In this document: positions 57,643 to 64,000 of the stretch, one piece after another
How the letters are laid out: the number at the start of each line of letters is the position of its first letter
How positions within the stretch are numbered: position 1 is the first letter of the stretch
IMG/VR virus record: IMGVR_UViG_3300037483_001170
Span: 1 to 64,000 of that record
Reading direction: 5' to 3' (one strand)
DNA from: a virus
DNA length: 64,000 nt
Made by a program: the position numbers and the translations under genes
The notes under the pieces: model-generated
Seen by the model: the letters and a program-made list of their open reading frames with translations, nothing else
Database searches by the model: none
Told to the model about the DNA's origin: nothing

Positions 57643-57872
57643 CCGCACGCTCCACCACCGTCGTCCACGCCGGCCGGACGTGGCTCGTAGAGCTTCCGCC
57701 GGTCACGAGCCGGCACGAGTGCCCCCGCGTCGACGGGACGCCGGCTGACGACCCCGAGGACGTCCGGATGTTCGCGTACAAGCTCGGCGACCGCTGGCAC
57801 TCGCCGGGCTACACGCACCCGGGGCTCGCTGCGGCGTTCAACACCGCGATCGGCGCGCTCGAAAGCAGCTGA
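57639..57872 (+). CDS. Small hypothetical protein
   Basis: ATGA overlap. Confidence 0.6.
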   Translation: MTARSTTVVHAGRTWLVELPPVTSRHECPRVDGTPADDPEDVRMFAYKLGDRWHSPGYTHPGLAAAFNTAIGALESS

Positions 57873-57899
57873 CTGTCAGACAATCTTGCGCCCTGCCAC

Positions 57900-57973
57900 T
57901 TGCACTCGGTCGGTGGCGTGCTACATTGATTTCCGTTGAGCCCGCCGACAAGCGGGACGAGGAGCGAGAGACC
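57900..57973 (+). promoter_or_regulatory. Promoter + leader hairpin + SD (P11)
   Basis: TTGCAC-16-TACATT; CCCGC-CGACAA-GCGGG; GAGGAG; TGTCAGACA upstream at 57874. Confidence 0.7.
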
Positions 57974-58270
57974 ATGGAGCGGACAAGCGACGACCTGGAG
58001 GCGGATGCGATCTTCGAGGAAGAAGATCGCGAAGACGAAGAGCGCCAGATGGAGCGGTACCTGCCGTTCGAGCGGCTCGTCGAAGAAGAGAAGTCCATGC
58101 GGGCGGAGATCATCGCGCTCCGGCGCCATGTGAGGCGGCTGGAGCGCGAGAAGGCCGCGCTCATGGGCAGCTGGCTCGCGGCTACCGAGCGCGCCAGTAG
58201 TAATATGCTGCTGGCAGCGCTCGCCGGTGCCTTCGACCAGAAGCCAGAAGCCGGAAAGGAGGGCGCATGA
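57974..58270 (+). CDS. Hypothetical coiled-coil protein
   Basis: Start set from P11. Confidence 0.65.
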   Translation: MERTSDDLEADAIFEEEDREDEERQMERYLPFERLVEEEKSMRAEIIALRRHVRRLEREKAALMGSWLAATERASSNMLLAALAGAFDQKPEAGKEGA

Positions 58271-58470
58271 CGACGTACGCCGCGCGCGACCTGTTCCTCT
58301 ACGTGAAGGGCAGGCTCATCACCGCCCAGTCGTTCTCGCTCGTCCTCTCAGACAACGGCATCACCATCAAGCTGCCGAGCGGTACCGAGGTCACCGACTA
58401 CGACCTGGACACTGCCATCAAGGTGGCCAACCACGTCCTCACGGAAGCCGGAAAGGTGGAAGCGCCATGA
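58267..58470 (+). CDS. Small hypothetical protein
   Basis: SD; ATGA overlap. Confidence 0.65.
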   Translation: MTTYAARDLFLYVKGRLITAQSFSLVLSDNGITIKLPSGTEVTDYDLDTAIKVANHVLTEAGKVEAP

Positions 58471-58769
58471 GCACGTCGAAGACCCTCGGTAACGCCGAGC
58501 CAACCGATGCCGAGCGCCAGCGGATGATCGTCGTTCTCGACGGTCTCCGGGAGCGGTTGTTCAACGCTCGTGGCAGCAGGTTCCATCCCGCAGCCTTCAA
58601 CGAGGACGACGGCACGGTCGAGCTTCGCCATGTCGATGGTGGCCGAGCCTTGATCTCGGCCTGGATCCACGGCGAGGGCAGCAGCCGTGCGCTGCTCGTG
58701 TGGCGTCATCCGACGTACCGCTACGAACAGGATGACGCGTACCTGCACGCGGCGAAGGTGACGAAGTGA
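58467..58769 (+). CDS. Hypothetical protein
   Basis: ATGA overlap. Confidence 0.6.
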   Translation: MSTSKTLGNAEPTDAERQRMIVVLDGLRERLFNARGSRFHPAAFNEDDGTVELRHVDGGRALISAWIHGEGSSRALLVWRHPTYRYEQDDAYLHAAKVTK

Positions 58770-60226
58770 CCGCCCCGCACTTCGAGGTCGACCGCGTCGG
58801 CCTCCGCAAGCTGCTCGCCCGGCGCGGCATCGAGTTCGCGGCGCTGGAGCTGCTTCAGAACGCGCTCGACGAGAAGTCGACGTGCGTGCACGTGAAGCTC
58901 GAACCGCACGCGACGCGCGGCTCGTACGTGCTCACGGTCGCGGACGACAACCCCGATGGCTTCGCCGACCTGCGTCACGCCTACACGCTCTTCGCGGAGT
59001 CGGCCAAGAAGGGCAACCCCGAGCAGCGCGGCCGCTTCAACCTCGGCGAGAAGCTGGTCATCGCGGCGGCCACGCATGCGGAGATCGTGACCACGACGGG
59101 TCACATCGTCTTCGATGAAGACGGCCGTCGCAGCCAGCGCAGTCGCACGGAGTCCGGCAGCGTCGTCACCGCGCGCCTGCGCATGACGAAGGATGACGTC
59201 GAACGCACCGAGCGCGCGCTTCGCACCGTGCTCGTGCCGCCGGATGTCGTCGTGACGCTGAACGGGGGGCGCCTGCCGTCGCGCATCATGCAGGCCTCGT
59301 TCGAAGCGCGACTGGCCACTGAGATCGCCGACGACGATGGCTACCTCAGGCCGACCGAGCGCCTCACGCGCGTGAACCTCTACCCCGTCGAAGGTGGCGA
59401 GACGCCCACGCTCTACGAGATGGGCATCCCGGTCGTCACGCTCGACGGTGCATGGCACGTCGACGTCTGCCAGAAGGTTCCGCTCAACACCGACCGCGAC
59501 AACGTCACGCCCGCATACGCGCGGCGCATCCGGGCGCTGGTCGTCAACGAGATGCACGGTCAGCTCGGCGAGCACGCGAAGGCTGCGTGGGTCGACGACG
59601 CCATCGAGAGCAAGCTCGTAAGCGACGAGGCGGTCACGGCCGTGCTCACCGAACGCTACGGCGAGCGGCGCGTCATCCGCGACCTGAACGACCCCGAGGG
59701 CACCAAGCTCGCGATGAGCAAGGGGTACTCGATCATCGAGCCCGGCAGCTTCTCGGGGCCAGCCTGGGAATCCATCCGCCGAGCAGGAGCTGCGCTACCC
59801 GCCGGCAAGGTCACCCCGAGCCCGAAGGTCGTGTTCTCCGCTGGTGGCGAGGACGTCAGCGTGGATCCGAGCACGTGGAGCGCGGGCATGCGCCGCGTCG
59901 TCGACTTCACCGATGCACTCGGCCCGAAGCTGCTCAACGGCGTGCGAATCCGCGTCGACATCGTCAACGACCCGAGGGGCTACGCCGCGTGCTTCGGTGA
60001 CGGCACGCTGCTCTTCAACCTGCGCCGTCTCGGTCGCGTGTGGTTCGAGAAGGGGCCCCTCGACGAGGAAGTGCTCCAGCTCATCATTCATGAGGTCGGA
60101 CATTTCTACGTTTCAGATCACCTCAGCGAGGGCTACCACGACGCGCTGTGCAAGCTCGGAGCGCGCCTCAGCCGCCTTGCACTCGACGAGCCCGCGTTCT
60201 TCTCGCGCTGGCGGTGGGCGTCGTGA
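58766..60226 (+). CDS. GHKL ATPase with C-terminal HExxH motif
   Basis: ELLQNALD, VADDNPDGF, GRFNLGEK; IIHEVGH..DH. Confidence 0.8.
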   Translation: MTAPHFEVDRVGLRKLLARRGIEFAALELLQNALDEKSTCVHVKLEPHATRGSYVLTVADDNPDGFADLRHAYTLFAESAKKGNPEQRGRFNLGEKLVIAAATHAEIVTTTGHIVFDEDGRRSQRSRTESGSVVTARLRMTKDDVERTERALRTVLVPPDVVVTLNGGRLPSRIMQASFEARLATEIADDDGYLRPTERLTRVNLYPVEGGETPTLYEMGIPVVTLDGAWHVDVCQKVPLNTDRDNVTPAYARRIRALVVNEMHGQLGEHAKAAWVDDAIESKLVSDEAVTAVLTERYGERRVIRDLNDPEGTKLAMSKGYSIIEPGSFSGPAWESIRRAGAALPAGKVTPSPKVVFSAGGEDVSVDPSTWSAGMRRVVDFTDALGPKLLNGVRIRVDIVNDPRGYAACFGDGTLLFNLRRLGRVWFEKGPLDEEVLQLIIHEVGHFYVSDHLSEGYHDALCKLGARLSRLALDEPAFFSRWRWAS

Positions 60227-60483
60227 CCCGGGGACGTCTATACGTCGACCGAGTCGATGACCTGCCGGATGATAACGCGCCGAAGGCCCGCTCGCCGATG
60301 AGCGACAAGACCGCCCTCGCGACGGAAGAGCGGATGACCGCGGAGTGCATCGCCCTGAAGAAGCAGATCGAGAAGCTCCAAAGGAAGTACTCGCTGCTCT
60401 CCAGCAAGCGCCTGAAGTTCATCTACAAACACGACATGTTCAACGTCCGTGCACGGGCGCTCGGACTCCCGGAGAAGCCGTGA
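60223..60483 (+). CDS. Hypothetical protein
   Basis: GTGA overlap. Confidence 0.55.
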   Translation: MTRGRLYVDRVDDLPDDNAPKARSPMSDKTALATEERMTAECIALKKQIEKLQRKYSLLSSKRLKFIYKHDMFNVRARALGLPEKP

Positions 60484-60749
60484 GCCACTACCACTACAAC
60501 GCGATCGCGGCGCTGGTCGGCGTCTATCCGGCGGAGGACCTTCGCGCGCTCGAAGTCTTCTTCGAGGAGCAAGAAGAGACCGGCGACTACGACAACATGG
60601 ACAACGTCCGCGTCGCGCGCAGCGCCGACGTCGTGCAATGCGGAGTGTACTGGGCTGCCGAAAACGACGGCTGCTGCGGCAGCTTCGACGACGTGTTCAC
60701 GGCTCCATCGGGTGCCAAGTACCTCGTCGGCTTCAACTACGGACACTGA
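60480..60749 (+). CDS. Hypothetical phage protein
   Basis: DN.R.A...GCCGSFD...GFNYGH motif. Confidence 0.7.
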   Translation: MSHYHYNAIAALVGVYPAEDLRALEVFFEEQEETGDYDNMDNVRVARSADVVQCGVYWAAENDGCCGSFDDVFTAPSGAKYLVGFNYGH

Positions 60750-60751
60750 CC

Positions 60752-61012
60752 ATGCGCATTCATCACAAGCATCCGGACGTCCGATGGCTTCCGAACGGGC
60801 GCTGGATACTCAGCGTCCGTGAAGCCGGTCGCATCACACACTGGGGCGGCTACACGTCCGCGAGCGGCGAGCACCTGGCAGACGGCGTCTGCGCGTCCTG
60901 GCCCGTCGCGCACCGCAAGCAGGGCCGAGGTCTCGGCGCGCGCAAGCGCCGCATGCGCGAGGCTCGCGCACAGCGCGCGGCATGCACGCGCCAGCAACAG
61001 GGATGGCGCTAG
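60752..61012 (+). CDS. Small basic hypothetical protein
   Basis: Coupled ORF. Confidence 0.55.
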   Translation: MRIHHKHPDVRWLPNGRWILSVREAGRITHWGGYTSASGEHLADGVCASWPVAHRKQGRGLGARKRRMREARAQRAACTRQQQGWR

Positions 61013-61061
61013 CAGCGCAAGGCGTGCGGTCTGACACCGCTGTGCTTTGTTGCGCGCGCGC

Positions 61062-61090
61062 TTGACAGCGCGCTCGTGTGAACTCAGAAT
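61062..61090 (+). promoter_or_regulatory. Promoter (P12)
   Basis: TTGACA-17-CAGAAT with upstream GTCTGAC and GCTTTGTTG; hairpin degenerate. Confidence 0.7.
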
Positions 61091-61131
61091 CCGGCAACTC
61101 GTTGATCCTTCTGCGAATGGATGAGGCCACA

Positions 61132-62922
61132 GTGAAGAAGAAGGCAGCGCACGTTCGGCGCCCGGTGACCAAGGCGGCTTCGAAGAAGCTGCCCGCCATG
61201 ATCTCCGGCAAGGGCTGGAAGATCGCCAACATCCACGCGCACGCAGAGTGCGTGCTGGTGATCACGAGCGAGGCGTTCTTCAACAAGATCAACTCGTGGG
61301 ACAGCGACGTGCTCCCGTACCAGCAGCGCTGGCAGCTCAAGGAGTGCGGACAGGCCGCGATTTCGCTGAGCGCCGTCCTGGGAAGTCACCGCTACGCGGA
61401 CCTGAAAGAGGCCGAGCCCGCGTTCGCGGTCGCCATCGGCCGCGTTGCCGGGCTGCGTCGCGCGGTGATCGACAAGCTGGTCGCGACTGACGCGCCGGTC
61501 CCGTTCGCACTCCTCGCCGAAACACTCGCGCGTTACAAGGGGCAACCGATTGTCCTGCACGTCCACGGCGCAGAGCTTGCCGTGACGATGGTCCATGCGA
61601 CGGACGTCTACGAGTTCGGCAGCAGAAGCGTCGTCGTCGAGTACAATGTGCTGCATTGGATGCCGGGCTGCAATCAGCTCGCATGGGGCATCGGCCGTCG
61701 CAGCTTCCACGAATACACTGAGCCGCAGACGATCTCCCGACTGGGCATCGACACGTCGCTGTCGACCGCAACGCGAGAACGGCTGATCGCACGCGGGCGA
61801 CGTGCATGCGACCTCAACGCCACCACGGCGTACGTCCACCTGGACTCGACCATGCAGCAGAAGCTCTCCTGGGCGTGGCACGACGTGGCAATGGCCCGTG
61901 GCCGCGTCGTCGTCGATCCGACGGGTCACGCGATGATCGATGCACACGACAGCATGAGCGACCTGGAGGGCCTGCCAGAACGGGACCGCACGGACGCCAT
62001 GCTCGACCACACGACGCTCACGGCCGCTCAGGCGCTGTGCGTGGAGCCCTGGCTGACGGTGTTCTCGTTCTCCGCGAAGAAGTGGGGTCGCACCTCGGTC
62101 GACAGGGTCTCGCTGATCAAGTTCCGGGACGATGCATTCGAGAAGCTCGTGCTGCCCGCGGCCGACAAGCGGCTGGTCATGGCCCTCGTGCAGCACACGC
62201 AGGCTGCGGACGTGTCGGACATCATCGACGGCAAGGGCGGCGGATGCTCGCTGCTGTTTCACGGTGAGCCGGGCAGGGGCAAGACGCTCACCGCTGAGGC
62301 GGTCGCAGAAGACCTGCGCAGGCCGCTCTACGCCTTCGGCGTCGGCGAGCTGGGGACCGACCCGCAGGGCCTCGAACGGAAGCTGCACTCCGTGCTCCAG
62401 ATCGCCGAACGCTGGAACGCGGTGCTGCTCCTCGATGAGGCCGACGTCTTCCTCGAAGCGCGTGCGGATGGCGACGTCGATCGCAACGCGATGGTCACGA
62501 CGTTCCTGCGCCTCATCGAGTACTACAACGGCGTACTGGTCTTGACGACGAACCGCGTTCGCAACATCGACAAGGCGTTCTACTCGCGCCTGAGCCTCGC
62601 CATCCAGTTCGAGGACTTCACGCTGGAGTCGCGGCAGCAGGTCATCCGGAACCTGCTGAGCGCGAACGGCGTGACGCTCAGCGACGACGAGATCTACGCG
62701 CTCGGCGAGATGGGCGTGAACGGGCGGCAGATCAAGAAGGCCATCATCGGCGCGCGCAGCCTCGCCCGGTCCGAAGGGCGTCCCGGCGTCATCAGTAACG
62801 CGGACGTCACCGAGCTGCTGAATCGGCTTCGCGACTTCGGGGCCGACAAGGACGGCGCAGAGCGCGGCGGGCCGAGCTGCAACTGGCGCGGGCACGTCAC
62901 CGACGCGAACGGCGTCCAGTAG
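61132..62922 (+). CDS. AAA+ ATPase
   Basis: GEPGRGKT, LLLDEAD, LTTNR...IDKAFYSR, NGRQIK; start GTG after GAGG inferred. Confidence 0.9.
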   Translation: MKKKAAHVRRPVTKAASKKLPAMISGKGWKIANIHAHAECVLVITSEAFFNKINSWDSDVLPYQQRWQLKECGQAAISLSAVLGSHRYADLKEAEPAFAVAIGRVAGLRRAVIDKLVATDAPVPFALLAETLARYKGQPIVLHVHGAELAVTMVHATDVYEFGSRSVVVEYNVLHWMPGCNQLAWGIGRRSFHEYTEPQTISRLGIDTSLSTATRERLIARGRRACDLNATTAYVHLDSTMQQKLSWAWHDVAMARGRVVVDPTGHAMIDAHDSMSDLEGLPERDRTDAMLDHTTLTAAQALCVEPWLTVFSFSAKKWGRTSVDRVSLIKFRDDAFEKLVLPAADKRLVMALVQHTQAADVSDIIDGKGGGCSLLFHGEPGRGKTLTAEAVAEDLRRPLYAFGVGELGTDPQGLERKLHSVLQIAERWNAVLLLDEADVFLEARADGDVDRNAMVTTFLRLIEYYNGVLVLTTNRVRNIDKAFYSRLSLAIQFEDFTLESRQQVIRNLLSANGVTLSDDEIYALGEMGVNGRQIKKAIIGARSLARSEGRPGVISNADVTELLNRLRDFGADKDGAERGGPSCNWRGHVTDANGVQ

Positions 62923-62924
62923 TC

Positions 62925-63203
62925 ATGGGCGCTACGCCGCTCCACTGGAAGTGCGGTAAGTGCAAACGCCGCACGATCAACACCACGGGTCCAAACGGGC
63001 CTGACTTCTACCACGCGTCAGGGCGACCCGTGCCGACCGGGCGCGTATGGCACCCAGAGGCCTACCGGCCAGTCATCGAGTACCGCTGCGAGGAGTGCGG
63101 GCACGTCGGGCGCACACGGCATCCGCACGCCGTCTCCCGGGCGCGCGGCGCAGGGTTCTGCCCCGCGTACAGCCCGCGCAGCGGGAAGGCCAAAACGTCA
63201 TGA
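62925..63203 (+). CDS. Small Zn-finger protein
   Basis: CGKC...CEECGH. Confidence 0.6.
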   Translation: MGATPLHWKCGKCKRRTINTTGPNGPDFYHASGRPVPTGRVWHPEAYRPVIEYRCEECGHVGRTRHPHAVSRARGAGFCPAYSPRSGKAKTS

Positions 63204-63385
63204 GCAAGCTCGACACGCGCGCACTGAGACTTCGTGCGGTTGCGCGCGATCTTGTCAGCGCCGCAGGCCGCGGCCAATCGGTGGGCGCGTCCCTCCGTAG
63301 GCTCACCCCAGGCGAGATCCTTGCCTACCGCCGCGCCGCTCGCGTACTACACGCCGAAGCGCGTCGAGTTATGCGAGACCTATGA
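63200..63385 (+). CDS. Small hypothetical protein
   Basis: ATGA overlaps. Confidence 0.5.
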   Translation: MSKLDTRALRLRAVARDLVSAAGRGQSVGASLRRLTPGEILAYRRAARVLHAEARRVMRDL

Positions 63386-64000
63386 CTACTCACGTCATCA
63401 AGAGTCCGGTGAAGACCCGCGTCTCGATGCCCGGCTACGCCAAGCTCGTGGGCATCCCGCTCGACAGGTGGGAGGGCAACTGCTTCGCGGTCGCCAGCAA
63501 GCTCGCGCCGCACTTCGGCGGCACCGCAGTGTACGGCCACTGGCTCGGCGAGATCAGCCCAGACGCGAAGTTCTGGGCTAGCAAACGTGGAACGGGCTTC
63601 GCGCAGCACGGATGGATCGTGCTCCCGGACAAGCACGGCAAGTACTCGCTCGACGGAGAGATCGTCGACCCCACGCGCTGGTCGTTCGAGGCCAAGAAGC
63701 CGTATCTCTGGAAGGGCAAGAACGACGGCGCGTACGACGAAGGTGGAAACGGGTTTCGCATGGCGATGCGCGGCTCTAGGCCGCCGGACGTCGATGATGG
63801 CCGTGAGCCCGTCACGATCGAGCTGGGCTGCGAAGAGCTATACGAGAAGGTCCGCCACATCTGTCGCATGGGACCGCTCACGGAGTTCTCCGATGAGTAC
63901 CCGTTCCTCTACCACGCAGACGTCGCGTGGCTTGCGAACACGTCGCCAGAGAAGATCGGATGGTTCGTGGTCGCCGAAGTCTATGAGGCCATCGCGAAAG
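63382..64000 (+). CDS. Partial transglutaminase/papain-fold protein (runs off the window)
   Basis: Manual translation: GNCFAVA...AVYGHW...QHGWI...IVDPTRW. Confidence 0.6.
   Translation, partial: MTTHVIKSPVKTRVSMPGYAKLVGIPLDRWEGNCFAVASKLAPHFGGTAVYGHWLGEISPDAKFWASKRGTGFAQHGWIVLPDKHGKYSLDGEIVDPTRWSFEAKKPYLWKGKNDGAYDEGGNGFRMAMRGSRPPDVDDGREPVTIELGCEELYEKVRHICRMGPLTEFSDEYPFLYHADVAWLANTSPEKIGWFVVAEVYEAIAK

Noticed and set aside
8406-57960. GAGCCGGCAAACACGCTGGCC-like repeats as a CRISPR array or integron attC sites
   Set aside because: Copies are dispersed, on both strands, always between a -10 box and an SD; there is no spacer periodicity and no cas or integrase gene.
61084-62895. Long antisense ORFs (also 6254-7489, 15820-17226, 23810-24994)
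   Set aside because: High-GC shadow frames opposite genes with clear motifs.
1-64000. tRNA/rRNA genes, alternative genetic code, reverse transcriptase/DGR
   Set aside because: No cloverleaf, rRNA or RT motifs seen by eye; genes tile densely under the standard code with all three stops in use.

Overview
High-GC, densely packed viral DNA, most likely a segment of a large bacteriophage. No capsid, terminase, integrase, rRNA, tRNA or CRISPR array was recognised. Layout: (i) rightward runs of small, start/stop-coupled hypothetical genes (1-5.4 kb, 8.4-29.4 kb, 51.9-64 kb) and a leftward run (47.7-51.4 kb), divided into units by about 12 sigma70-like promoters, 11 of which share a covarying 5'-leader hairpin; (ii) nucleic-acid enzymes: DUF6011-SNF2 helicase, UvrD helicase with an intein, ParB-like protein, RuvC-like resolvase, a TnpB with intact catalytic residues; (iii) a leftward glycosylation cluster (four GT2/GT4 genes, a frameshifted GNAT-GT2, a DegT aminotransferase, a methyltransferase, an RgpF-like gene); (iv) small membrane proteins sharing MSY / GLG / N-polyArg motifs, next to GroES. 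The most unusual signals are the promoter-hairpin module, a gap-free 211-bp non-coding direct repeat at two divergent-transcription points 43.4 kb apart, an over-represented TGTCnGACA palindrome (twice in 32-bp-spaced pairs, and at the start of the predicted TnpB guide), the GLG-motif protein family, and a split PEP-synthase-like phosphotransferase. All family assignments come from motif recognition by eye, not database searches.
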